A stretch of DNA of 64,000 bases from assembly GCA_038146705.1 (NCBI GenBank), contig JAYQSB010000009.1, forward strand, positions 2,374 through 66,373, read 5' to 3'. Position 1 is the first letter of the stretch; the number at the start of each line of letters is the position of its first letter. The notes beneath the pieces are model-generated. The model did not search any database. It had not been told where the DNA came from and saw only the letters and a list, made by a program, of their open reading frames with translations. The position numbers were made by a program, and so were the translations under genes. Of this stretch, positions 51,092 through 61,151 are shown piece by piece. This DNA comes from Candidatus Poseidoniales archaeon. Lineage in GTDB: Archaea; Thermoplasmatota; Poseidoniia; Poseidoniales; Poseidoniaceae.

Positions 51092-53485
51092 ATGACAATG
51101 CAGGTAATCAAGAGAAATGGAGAGAAAGAAGCGGTTCGATTCGATGCTATTTTAGAAAAACTCACTCGACTTTCTGAAGACCTGAACAATGAATGGATCG
51201 ACCCAGGCATGGTCACGAAGTTAACCATCGAAGGTTTGTATGATGGGGTCACAACACGAGAACTCGATATGCTAGCAGCGGAAACAGCTGCATCACTCAC
51301 ATCGCAACATCCTGACTACAGCCGACTTGCAGCCCGTATTTGTGTTGATGATTTGCATCGCTCTACGAAAGGTGTATTTACAGAAGTCATCAAAGATTTA
51401 AGAGAATATATCGACCCTGAATCAGGAAAACATGCACCTCTCATCTCCGAAGAAGTATTTGATATCATCATGGCAAACAGCGATGTTCTCAACAACCACA
51501 TCGATTACAACCGAGACAACAATTACGATTATTTCGGTATCAAGACTCTTGAACGCTCTTACCTACTTCGACTCAACGGTGAAATCGCAGAGCGACCTCA
51601 AGATATGCTCATGAGAGTTGCTGTCGGCATCCACCACTCAAATATCGAAAAGGCACTCCAAACCTATGATTTGATGAGCGAAGGCTACTTCACACATGCC
51701 ACACCCACACTCTTCAATTCAGCTACACCAATGCCACAGATGTCCTCCTGCTTCTTGCTCACCATGCAAGATGACTCTCTAGATGGAATTTATGATACGC
51801 TCAAACAGTGTGCGTTGATTTCGAAATCAGCAGGTGGTATTGGATTGTCCATTCACCACATCCGGTCACAAGGTTCGTACATCAAGGGAACAAACGGAAC
51901 ATCAAATGGAATTGTTCCCATGCTTCGTGTGTTTAATGACACAGCACGATATGTCGACCAAGGCGGTGGCAAGCGAAAGGGTTCAATCGCAATATACCTC
52001 GAACCCTGGCATCCAGATCTTCTCGATTTCTTGAACCTTCGAAAGAATCATGGAAAGGAAGAAATGCGTGCAAGAGATTTGTTCTATGCTCTTTGGACCC
52101 CTGATTTGTTCATGCAACGTGTCGAACAAAACGGAAATTGGTCATTTTTGTGCCCCAACGAATGTCCAGGATTGCAAGATGTGTATGGTGAAGAATTCAA
52201 AGCACTGTATGAGAAATATGAATCGGAAGGCCTTGCAAGAAAAACAATGCCAGCTAGGGAAGTATGGGATAAAATTGTCGAAGCACAGATTGAAACGGGA
52301 ACACCCTATATGTTGTACAAAGATGCTGCTAACCAGAAATCGAATCAAAAGAATTTGGGAACAATCCGTTCGTCAAATCTTTGCACTGAAATCATGGAAT
52401 ACACGTCCAAAGACGAAGTTGCGGTTTGTAATCTCGCATCAATCGCACTTCCGAAGTATGTCAATCTCGAAACGAAAGAATTCGACCATCAATTATTGTA
52501 TGATGTAACTTATCACGTGACTGGCAACCTTAACCGAGTCATCGATGTCAATTATTACCCCGTTCCCGAGGCACGAAATTCAAACATGAGGCACAGGCCT
52601 ATAGGATTAGGTGTCCAAGGTCTTGCAGACACATTCGCAATGCTTGGAATGGCATTTGAGAGCCCTGAAGCAAAAGCATTGAACAAAGAAATTTTCGAGA
52701 CCATCTATTATGCAGCATGTGCATCATCGAAAGATCTATCAAAAGTCGAAGGTCCATATTCCACTTTTGAAGGCTCACCAGCCAGCCAAGGAATCCTTCA
52801 ATTTGATTTGTGGAACATGAACGACCACAGTGGTCGATGGGATTGGGACTCGCTTAAAGCAGAAATTGTGGAACATGGTATGCGAAACTCACTTCTGCTT
52901 GCTCCAATGCCGACTGCTTCAACTTCACAAATTCTTGGCAATAACGAGTGTTTTGAGGCCTTCACGTCAAACCTCTATGTTCGAAGAACATTATCTGGAG
53001 AATTCATTGTCCTCAACAAGCACCTCGTGAATGATTTGATTTCCGAAGGTATTTGGAGTGTTGAATTGAAAGACCAAATTCTAATACAAAAAGGTTCGAT
53101 TCAACATATTCCTTCAATACCAGACAGAATTAAAGACATTTACAAAACGACATGGGAGATTAAACAGAAAACAATATTGGAAATGGCAGCAGACCGTGGA
53201 GCATACATTGACCAAAGCCAATCCCTCAATATCCACATGGTCGATGCAAATCCTGCAAAGGTATCATCGATGCATTTCTATGGTTGGAAGTTGGGATTAA
53301 AGACAGGCATGTACTACTTGAGAACAAAAGCTGCAGCCGATGCAATTCAATTTACAGTGGAAGCTAAAGGTAAAGATGATCAAACTGTGAACGGACTTGC
53401 AAACAGGGCTGATGAAATCAATTCGATGGATGCGATTGCGTGCAGTCTTGATAGCCCAGATGACTGTCTTTCCTGTGGTTCGTAA
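51092..53485 (+). CDS. nrdA: Class Ia ribonucleotide reductase alpha subunit with ATP-cone
   Basis: [45 protein letters not shown]-terminal CLSCGS; no intein. Confidence 0.97.
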   Translation: MTMQVIKRNGEKEAVRFDAILEKLTRLSEDLNNEWIDPGMVTKLTIEGLYDGVTTRELDMLAAETAASLTSQHPDYSRLAARICVDDLHRSTKGVFTEVIKDLREYIDPESGKHAPLISEEVFDIIMANSDVLNNHIDYNRDNNYDYFGIKTLERSYLLRLNGEIAERPQDMLMRVAVGIHHSNIEKALQTYDLMSEGYFTHATPTLFNSATPMPQMSSCFLLTMQDDSLDGIYDTLKQCALISKSAGGIGLSIHHIRSQGSYIKGTNGTSNGIVPMLRVFNDTARYVDQGGGKRKGSIAIYLEPWHPDLLDFLNLRKNHGKEEMRARDLFYALWTPDLFMQRVEQNGNWSFLCPNECPGLQDVYGEEFKALYEKYESEGLARKTMPAREVWDKIVEAQIETGTPYMLYKDAANQKSNQKNLGTIRSSNLCTEIMEYTSKDEVAVCNLASIALPKYVNLETKEFDHQLLYDVTYHVTGNLNRVIDVNYYPVPEARNSNMRHRPIGLGVQGLADTFAMLGMAFESPEAKALNKEIFETIYYAACASSKDLSKVEGPYSTFEGSPASQGILQFDLWNMNDHSGRWDWDSLKAEIVEHGMRNSLLLAPMPTASTSQILGNNECFEAFTSNLYVRRTLSGEFIVLNKHLVNDLISEGIWSVELKDQILIQKGSIQHIPSIPDRIKDIYKTTWEIKQKTILEMAADRGAYIDQSQSLNIHMVDANPAKVSSMHFYGWKLGLKTGMYYLRTKAAADAIQFTVEAKGKDDQTVNGLANRADEINSMDAIACSLDSPDDCLSCGS

Positions 53486-53542
53486 TGTTCCAAGAATGAA
53501 TAGTCGTTCAATTGTTATATCATTGACTCTTTGGAGATATCA

Positions 53543-53992
53543 ATGAATTCAGTTGGACATTACGTTCAGGCTCTGCCAGATGAAAGAAAAGAAGTCATTT
53601 CATCTATTTTGAACACTATTCGAGAGCACTTACCCAACGGATTTCAGGAGTGTATCATCTATAACATGCCAGGTTGGGTAGTACCACATTCAATGTATCC
53701 AAAGGGATATCACGTGGACCCAAGTTTGCCCCTACCATTTTTGAATGTGGCCTCACAGAAAAATCACATTGCGTTGTATCACATGGGGGTGTATTCAGAC
53801 CCCTCCTTGCTCGAGTGGGTACAACAAGAATATCCAAATCATAGCACGACAAAATTAGACATGGGTAAAAGTTGCATTCGCTTCAAAAACATGAAGAAAA
53901 TACCCTATGAATTCATAGGATTACTATGTGCAAAAATGACTCCACAGCAATGGATTCAGCAATATGAATCAAGTGTAAATCCAGCACAATAA
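53543..53992 (+). CDS. DUF1801 (YdhG-like) protein
   Basis: YNMPGWVVPHS.YP.GYH, ASQKNHIALY, MGKSCIRFK. Confidence 0.8.
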   Translation: MNSVGHYVQALPDERKEVISSILNTIREHLPNGFQECIIYNMPGWVVPHSMYPKGYHVDPSLPLPFLNVASQKNHIALYHMGVYSDPSLLEWVQQEYPNHSTTKLDMGKSCIRFKNMKKIPYEFIGLLCAKMTPQQWIQQYESSVNPAQ

Positions 53993-54081
53993 ATCAAGGG
54001 TGCTCTGTGGTTCAAACATCTTAAAATACTGATGTCTCAGAAATTGTGAAGGGTTCAAAACGAAGATGCCGTACGCTCTGC

Positions 54082-55038
54082 ATGGACGTCGCTTCGTTGT
54101 ACAGGAATGCTGCCAGCGGTCTTCCATTCTCATTGGAGATTCTTCCCCCGAACAGAGGGCTTGGTCTTGAAAACATTCACGAGTTTTTCAACAGCCTTGA
54201 TGGATGGCAGCCTGCCTTTGTCAGTGTGACATACCACCAAGCACACAAAATAGACCGCATCAATGAACACGGCCAAACAGAGAGAATTTGGAATCGGAAA
54301 AAACCCGGGACGCTAGGCGTCTGTGCCATGCTCAAGTTTCAGTACGGCCTAGATGTTATCCCGCACGTTATTTGTGGTGGTTTTTCGAAGTTTGAATCCG
54401 AAGATTTCTTGGTTGATTTGGATTATCTTGGTTTCAACCATGTGTTGGCCCTTCGCGGCGACCCGAACAAGACAGAACCTCATTTCACTCCCCATCCGTA
54501 TGGTAACACCTACGCGAACGAGTTGGTCGAACAAATCATGGATATGAACGCAGGCAAATATCTGGAAGATGTGAGCGAAGCTCGAGCTACGAACTTTGAA
54601 ATTGGCGTAGGAGGGTATCCTGAAGTCCATGCGGAAGCCCGTGATTTGGAAGAAGAGGTCACCAACGTCAAGAGAAAAATTGACGCTGGAGCATCGTTTT
54701 TGATCACACAGATGTTCTTTGATAACGAATGCTTCTTTCGGTTTGAGAAATCATGTCAAAAGGTAGGCATCGATGTACCGCTCATTCCTGGATTGAAAGT
54801 CATCACCTCAAAACAACAACTCACGGTCTTGCCCGAAATTTTCGGAACGAGCCTACCTCAGAAACTCATTGACGATGTCAATGCCTGTGAAACCGATGAC
54901 GAAGTGATTCAGGTTGGGATTGCACATACCGTCAACCAAGCACGAGCCTTGCTCGATTATGGCGTAGCTGGTGTGCACTTCTTCACGATGAACAACAGCC
55001 GTGTGTTCAACCAAATTCTTCGAGAGTTCCAGGGGTGA
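54082..55038 (+). CDS. metF: Methylenetetrahydrofolate reductase, bacterial type
   Basis: SLEILPP, FVSVTY, PHVICGG, LALRGD, GYPEVH, ITQMFFD, HFFTMN. Confidence 0.93.
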   Translation: MDVASLYRNAASGLPFSLEILPPNRGLGLENIHEFFNSLDGWQPAFVSVTYHQAHKIDRINEHGQTERIWNRKKPGTLGVCAMLKFQYGLDVIPHVICGGFSKFESEDFLVDLDYLGFNHVLALRGDPNKTEPHFTPHPYGNTYANELVEQIMDMNAGKYLEDVSEARATNFEIGVGGYPEVHAEARDLEEEVTNVKRKIDAGASFLITQMFFDNECFFRFEKSCQKVGIDVPLIPGLKVITSKQQLTVLPEIFGTSLPQKLIDDVNACETDDEVIQVGIAHTVNQARALLDYGVAGVHFFTMNNSRVFNQILREFQG

Positions 55039-55043
55039 ACACC

Positions 55044-58000
55044 ATGTCTCCAAAGGATGAACTGGAGAGGGTGGCTCAGGACCGAATGCTCATCATCGAT
55101 GGTGCCATGGGAACCATGATTCAGCAGCATCCTTTGAAGGAAGAAGACTTTCGTGACAAGTTGTTAAAGGACCATTCTATAGACCTTAAAGGCAACAACG
55201 AGATGCTCAACATCACTCAACCCCATCTCATTGAGGCCATCCATACGCAATACCTCCAGGCTGGAGCCGACATCATCGAAACCAACACATTTGGTGCCAC
55301 CAGCATTGCACAATCGGAATACGGTTTAAGCGACCGTGTTGTTGAGATGAACGAGCGAGCAGCGAAGATTGCGAAAGAAGCCGTGAGCAAACATCAGGAA
55401 AAAACCGGTAAGCGTTGTTGGGTGGCAGGAGCCATCGGCCCGACAAATGTCACGCTTTCTGCCTCTTCGGATGTGGATGACCCCTCTGCAAGAGCGGCGA
55501 ACTGGGATGAAGTTTACCAAGCCTACCTTGAACAACTTCTTGTCCTCATCGATAACGGCTGCGACATCATTCTCATTGAGACAATTTTTGACGTGCTCAA
55601 CGCAAAAGCCGCCATCAAAGCAACGCTTGATGCCTTTGAGATGAAACAAATTGACTTGCCCATCATGATCTCGGTAACGTTCATTCAAGAAAAAGGAGAC
55701 AGGACCGTATTTGGACAAAGCGTTGAAGCCTTTTGGGCCACCGTAAAACATGCACAACCATTCAGCATCGGCATCAATTGCGGATTGGGAGCATCTGGTT
55801 TACGCAGTAAGTTATCCACCCTCGCTAACATCTGTGACACTCGAACTCACATCTATCCAAACGCTGGATTACCCAACCCACTTTCTCCCTCAGGATTTGA
55901 TGAAACGCCGCACATTACAGCCTCCCACATCGCCTCATTGGTTCGAGATGGGTTGCTCAATCTCGTTGGTGGATGTTGTGGCACCACTCCAGATCACATC
56001 CAAGCCATTCACGATTCTGTTCAAGGATTGCGTCCCCGGGTACCAGGAAAACCAAGCGAGGTACCGACGTACGCTGGTTTGGACACCTGCACCATCCTTC
56101 CGGACTCCAATCTTATCATGGTTGGAGAGCGGACCAACGTTACGGGCTCGGCTCAATTCCGCAGGCTTGTAACCTCTTTAGATTTTGAAAACGCCGTGGA
56201 AGTAGCACGAGACCAAGTGCAAAACGGTGCCAACATCATCGATGTCAACATGGATGAGGGATTGATAGAAAGCGAAGAGGTCATGACCCGATTCCTCAAC
56301 ATCATTGCCACCGAGCCAGACATTGCTTCTGTCCCCATCATGATCGACTCCTCAAAATGGAGTGTGCTCGAAGCTGGCCTCAAATGCATCCAAGGCAAAC
56401 CCATTGTCAACTCCATTTCCCTCAAAGAAGGCGAAACGGTATTTCTCGAGCAAGCGAAGAAGATTCATCGCTACGGTGCAGCCGTGGTCGTGATGGGTTT
56501 TGATGAGAAGGGCCAAGCAGAAAGCGCGGAAAGAAAAGTAGAAATCGCACTTAGGGCTCAAAAACTCCTGGTTGAACGGGTTGGTTTTCACCCATCAGAC
56601 ATCATTCATGACCCAAATGTCCTCGCCGTAGCAACTGGTATGTCGGAGCATGATGACTTCGCAAAAAACTACATCGAGGCAACGAAGATGATCCGTGAAT
56701 CATGTCCACAATCCATGGTTAGCGGAGGTATCAGCAACCTCTCATTTTCGTTTCGAGGCAACGATACGGTTCGCCAAGCCATGCATGCCGTCTTCTTGCA
56801 CCACGCCATCGGAGCAGGTCTAACGATGGGCATCGTAAATCCTTCCCATCTAACCATCTATGAAGATATTGAAGATTCCTTACTAGAGATGGTTGAGGAT
56901 GTGATCCTCAACCGCCGCCCCGATGCAACAGAGCGTTTGGTGTTGATGGCCGACCGTTTTTCGAAACAAAAAAGCCTCCAGGAAGATGCTCAGGAGTGGA
57001 GAGAACAAGATGTAGAAAAACGGTTGGCTCATGCTTTGATTCACGGAATCACGGAATTTATCGAAAAGGATGTCGCTGAAGCCTACGACGATATTGGTGA
57101 TGCGTTGAGCATCATTGAAGGCCCTCTTATGGACGGCATGAATGTTGTAGGGGATTTGTTTGGTTCGGGCAAAATGTTTCTTCCACAAGTCGTCAAAAGC
57201 GCTCGAGTGATGAAGAAAGCTGTTGCATGGTTGGAACCCCACATGCATCATGCTGATACTGAGCAGAAAAAACGGGCAGAGGTCGTGCTTGCAACCGTCA
57301 AGGGAGATGTGCATGATATTGGAAAAAACATCGTGGGTATCGTGCTGCAATGCAACGATTACGCCGTCCATGACCTTGGCGTCATGGTACCGCTGTCCAC
57401 CATTTTGGATAAAGTAGAAGAGGTGCAGGCCGATGTACTCGGACTGTCTGGTCTCATCACACCCTCTCTTGATGAAATGATTGAAGTGGCCAAGGAAATG
57501 CAACGAAGAGGCATGACCATCCCGTTGCTCATCGGTGGCGCCACCACCTCGCGCCAGCACACGGCCGTCAGAATCAACCCTGCCTACGAAGCAGAGGTTG
57601 TGCACGTGAAGGACGCTTCGCTCATTTCGGGGGTGCTCAATCAATTGCTTGACGAGGAAAAGCGACTTGAATTCAAGAAAACACTGGACGATGAAAACGC
57701 ACGATTGACAGCCCTATTTGAGCGAAAAATCAACCAACCCCTCCTCACCTTGCAAAGAGCAAGACAACGAAAACCTGTCCTCGAGTTTAACGAACAGACG
57801 TGCGCTAGGCCCCCTTTCACCGGTGTGAGAGAATTTTCGCTCAGCCTTGCAGATGTCGAGCCATACATTGACTGGAATTTCTTTTTCACCGCTTGGAACA
57901 TGAAGGGGACCTATCCAGACATTCTCAACCACCCGGAAAAAGGTGAGGCGGCGAGCGATGTGTTTGAAAACGGCAAGAAAATGTTAGCAGAGGTCATGCA

Positions 58001-58688
58001 AAACCAGTTGTTGCACATCAAGGCCATCGCCGGTTTTTGGCCAGCCCATTCAGAAGGCGATGATATCGTTATCCAAGGGGAAGTAGAGCATCGGTTTGCC
58101 TTCTTGAGGCAACAACGGAGTGTTGGAGAACAGAACGTTTGTCTCGCCGACTTTGTAGCACCTCAAGATGAGATTCAAGATCATGTAGGGGGATTTGCAG
58201 TTGCTGTTCACGGGACTGAGGCTCTCGCACAGTCCTTTGAAGATGAGCAAGACGATTACAACGCCATCATGATCAAGGCTATTTCAGACCGCCTTGCTGA
58301 AGCAACTGCCGAAAAATTACACCAGGTCATCCGGTCAGAATGGGGCTTTCCTGACGGCGAAGACATGACGCATGAACGCTTGATGAAGGCCGATTACCGC
58401 TCAATTCGACCGGCATTTGGATACCCTGCTTGTCCCGATCACAGCGACAAACGCTTGCTTTTTGCTCTCTTAGATGCTGAAACTCACGGGTTCCATCTCA
58501 CTGAATCCTGTGCAACATCACCTGCATCAAGTGTTTCAGGGTTGTATTTTGGTCATCCTAAAGCCACCTATTTCGGCGTCAATCGAATCGACGAAGGTCA
58601 GGTTATGGATTTAGCACAACGTAAACAAGTACCACGAAGAGAAGTTGAATATTGGCTCGCCTCAATCATTGACTACGACCCGAACTGA
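55044..58688 (+). CDS. metH: Cobalamin-dependent methionine synthase (full-length, four modules)
   Basis: [65 protein letters not shown]. Confidence 0.97.
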   Translation: MSPKDELERVAQDRMLIIDGAMGTMIQQHPLKEEDFRDKLLKDHSIDLKGNNEMLNITQPHLIEAIHTQYLQAGADIIETNTFGATSIAQSEYGLSDRVVEMNERAAKIAKEAVSKHQEKTGKRCWVAGAIGPTNVTLSASSDVDDPSARAANWDEVYQAYLEQLLVLIDNGCDIILIETIFDVLNAKAAIKATLDAFEMKQIDLPIMISVTFIQEKGDRTVFGQSVEAFWATVKHAQPFSIGINCGLGASGLRSKLSTLANICDTRTHIYPNAGLPNPLSPSGFDETPHITASHIASLVRDGLLNLVGGCCGTTPDHIQAIHDSVQGLRPRVPGKPSEVPTYAGLDTCTILPDSNLIMVGERTNVTGSAQFRRLVTSLDFENAVEVARDQVQNGANIIDVNMDEGLIESEEVMTRFLNIIATEPDIASVPIMIDSSKWSVLEAGLKCIQGKPIVNSISLKEGETVFLEQAKKIHRYGAAVVVMGFDEKGQAESAERKVEIALRAQKLLVERVGFHPSDIIHDPNVLAVATGMSEHDDFAKNYIEATKMIRESCPQSMVSGGISNLSFSFRGNDTVRQAMHAVFLHHAIGAGLTMGIVNPSHLTIYEDIEDSLLEMVEDVILNRRPDATERLVLMADRFSKQKSLQEDAQEWREQDVEKRLAHALIHGITEFIEKDVAEAYDDIGDALSIIEGPLMDGMNVVGDLFGSGKMFLPQVVKSARVMKKAVAWLEPHMHHADTEQKKRAEVVLATVKGDVHDIGKNIVGIVLQCNDYAVHDLGVMVPLSTILDKVEEVQADVLGLSGLITPSLDEMIEVAKEMQRRGMTIPLLIGGATTSRQHTAVRINPAYEAEVVHVKDASLISGVLNQLLDEEKRLEFKKTLDDENARLTALFERKINQPLLTLQRARQRKPVLEFNEQTCARPPFTGVREFSLSLADVEPYIDWNFFFTAWNMKGTYPDILNHPEKGEAASDVFENGKKMLAEVMQNQLLHIKAIAGFWPAHSEGDDIVIQGEVEHRFAFLRQQRSVGEQNVCLADFVAPQDEIQDHVGGFAVAVHGTEALAQSFEDEQDDYNAIMIKAISDRLAEATAEKLHQVIRSEWGFPDGEDMTHERLMKADYRSIRPAFGYPACPDHSDKRLLFALLDAETHGFHLTESCATSPASSVSGLYFGHPKATYFGVNRIDEGQVMDLAQRKQVPRREVEYWLASIIDYDPN

Positions 58689-58799
58689 ACAGATTCAAGG
58701 ATATTCGAAGAACTTAAACCTGCACAGGCGAAGACCAAGCCGGACGTTCAGAACTGGATGCCTAATCACAGGGTACCTTATGGTGAATTTGATAGGAGT

Positions 58800-60095
58800 T
58801 CAAACAGCTGGCAGGATACCAATTCGTGCAAGTCCAGCCCAAATTGGGTCGAGGAATGCAGGTAAGAATCTGTGTCGTAGGTACACAGCAGCAGCAAGTG
58901 AGATTTTCTGAACCTTGTTGAGTTTCACACGATTTGTGAACACATCGCCTTGTTGTTTCTCGATTTGTTTCAAAATCTTGTCGTAGAATGCGATCATGGC
59001 AGCCGGTGAATATCGTGAACGGCGTGGAAGAAGGGGTAAGAGTTGGCGAGCCTCTTCGAGATATGTTCGTGCTCGTTTTGCATAATGGTGGCAATATGGT
59101 TCCCAGTGTTTGTTGACAACAATCCGGCCATCCAATTCCTCTGCAGTCATTTTGTTGCGCTCAATTTCATCAAGTGGAAGGTAGATCCGGTCCCGTTGAA
59201 TGTCTTCTCCGACGTCTCGAAGAACATTTGTAAGTTGCATGAATATACCCCATGATTCAGCAAATTTCTTTGCTTGAGGGTCGTCATAGCCATAAATTTC
59301 GATGCACATGAGTCCTACGACAGATGCCACTCTGTAGCAGTAGAGGTAGAGTTCGTCAAATGTGCGGTATCGGTTGTGAAACAAGTCATCCTCCATTCCT
59401 GTGATGAGGTCGTCAAAATGTTGTTTTGAAATATTGAATCTTGTGACCGTGTCTTTGAGTGCTAAGAATACAGGGTCTGTAGAATAGACATCTGTGTAGC
59501 AAGTGGACAACTTCTTTCTAAAGAAAAAGAGTTGACTGATCTTCTTTTCATAAGCCTCTGGATCGATGATGGTGGACAAATCTTGAAGATTCTCGAGTTT
59601 TTCTCTATATTCCACTGCCTCCGGGTCAAGCGCACCTCGACTTCCAGGAAATCGGTCACTCCAGTCGCCATCAGCGATGTCATCAGCTCGTCGGCAAAAT
59701 GCGTAGATGGCACACATTGCAAAGCGTTGTTCATCTGGAAGATACTTGAAGGAGTGGTAGAAATTACCAGCTTCTCTCATGGTTAATTCTTCACAATACT
59801 TGTAAGCAAGTTTGTACAATTCAGCAGGTGGATTTTCGGACCAAATCGGTGCATCGAGATGTGCGAACGGGTCGACCAACTCATTTTTCTCGCCGACAAT
59901 ACCAATGTATTGTGCACCTTCTCGAATGGCTTCCATAGCAGTTACGCTTACAGCCTTCACAGCGTCTTTTGCAAGAGTTACACCAGCACGGAATCTGGAA
60001 AGTGTGGTCGGTCGTGAGGGCTCAGTGTTCATCTCTGAACGAGCGTTTCCCTTGAGTGGGAAGAGCAAGTCCAAAGGTTTCCTGCGCTCTAACAT
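58800..60095 (-). CDS. hpnD: Presqualene diphosphate synthase HpnD-like (squalene/phytoene synthase family)
   Basis: GNFYHSFKYLP, IYAFCRRADDIAD, YCYRVASVVG, QLTNVLRDVGED, GRIYLP-like DRIYLP; start may be 60032. Confidence 0.8.
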   Translation of the reverse strand: MLERRKPLDLLFPLKGNARSEMNTEPSRPTTLSRFRAGVTLAKDAVKAVSVTAMEAIREGAQYIGIVGEKNELVDPFAHLDAPIWSENPPAELYKLAYKYCEELTMREAGNFYHSFKYLPDEQRFAMCAIYAFCRRADDIADGDWSDRFPGSRGALDPEAVEYREKLENLQDLSTIIDPEAYEKKISQLFFFRKKLSTCYTDVYSTDPVFLALKDTVTRFNISKQHFDDLITGMEDDLFHNRYRTFDELYLYCYRVASVVGLMCIEIYGYDDPQAKKFAESWGIFMQLTNVLRDVGEDIQRDRIYLPLDEIERNKMTAEELDGRIVVNKHWEPYCHHYAKRARTYLEEARQLLPLLPRRSRYSPAAMIAFYDKILKQIEKQQGDVFTNRVKLNKVQKISLAAAVYLRHRFLPAFLDPIWAGLARIGILPAV

Positions 60096-60197
60096 CCCAA
60101 TCGTTTTGCCCTATGCGTTTTCCTTTTTGATTCCTTTCTTTTTACGGGCTAGAATTCTCCACCCGAATTACGATAAAATTTCAGACCATATGAATGC

Positions 60198-61151
60198 TTA
60201 TTTTTTCTTAGAAATTTTCCGCCATTTCCGTTTCGCATAGAAGAGCAGTCTTGCTTGTTTGAATTTACTTACCTTAGGCCGTTTGACCCAAGTATTGTAC
60301 CTTTGTTTTCGAATTGATTTGAGTATTTCCTCACCTCCAAGAGTGAACATCTCGAGGTCGACTGCAAGGTGAGGGTCGACTTTGTCCCACAATTTCTTAC
60401 CCGCATCAAACAATGTTTGGGCTCGGTCAACTTCTTCTTGGAGTATCTTTACCCAACGTTCATCGTAGACCATGTTGTTGTAATCTTCAATGGTGTAGTT
60501 GTGTTTCTCCATTGTTTCCAGCGGCAAATATCTTCTGTCTTGAGCTAGGTCTCGTCGAATATCTTGCCAGTGGTTAGCAAGTTGTAATGCAGTACATGTT
60601 GAGTCGGCGAGGCCTCGTAATTCATCGCTGTCATGGCCATACACATAGAGGAAAAGATGACCAACTGGATCTGCGGAGTGTTCACAATACTCTCTTAATT
60701 CATCCCAAGACGAATATTGTATCCTCTCTTGGTCCCACATGAATGCGGTAATGAGTTTTTCATATGGCTTGATGGGGATGTTGAATGTTTTCGACGTATG
60801 TGCTAAAGCGATTAAAATTGGATGCCGTGGCTTGCCATTCCAGTTGTCTTCGTGAGCTTTTCTCAAATCTTCAAGCCATGCTTGTAAGAGCAACATTCTC
60901 TCATTTGGTGGAAATGGTGCATCATCGCCTAAATCGTCTCCGTACCTGCAAAAAGCGTACACATTCTGAATATGGTTTCGAACTTCTGGTGGAGTAAAGT
61001 GATTGGTAATGACAAAATTCTCATAATGTGCCTTGGCTATTTTTTCACAATAAGCCTGTGCTTCTTCGATGCTTTGATGTGTATCCCATCCAGCTAACGT
61101 CACACCATGTTGATCGATAGTATGTTGGCCCCAATCAAATTTCTCAGCCAT
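60198..61151 (-). CDS. hpnC: Hydroxysqualene synthase HpnC-like
   Basis: HYENF, VYAFCRYGDDLGD, YCEHSADPVG, CTALQLANHWQDI; start set to MAEKF behind GGAGG. Confidence 0.85.
   Translation of the reverse strand: MAEKFDWGQHTIDQHGVTLAGWDTHQSIEEAQAYCEKIAKAHYENFVITNHFTPPEVRNHIQNVYAFCRYGDDLGDDAPFPPNERMLLLQAWLEDLRKAHEDNWNGKPRHPILIALAHTSKTFNIPIKPYEKLITAFMWDQERIQYSSWDELREYCEHSADPVGHLFLYVYGHDSDELRGLADSTCTALQLANHWQDIRRDLAQDRRYLPLETMEKHNYTIEDYNNMVYDERWVKILQEEVDRAQTLFDAGKKLWDKVDPHLAVDLEMFTLGGEEILKSIRKQRYNTWVKRPKVSKFKQARLLFYAKRKWRKISKKK

Noticed and set aside
10627-53485. Inteins in AtpA, SMC, Cdc6 or NrdA
   Set aside because: All have normal lengths and continuous motifs, with no C...HN/C splice junctions or LAGLIDADG blocks.
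53993-54081. Cobalamin or SAM riboswitch ahead of metF-metH
   Set aside because: The leader is under 90 nt and no conserved B12-box or S-box sequence was recognisable.
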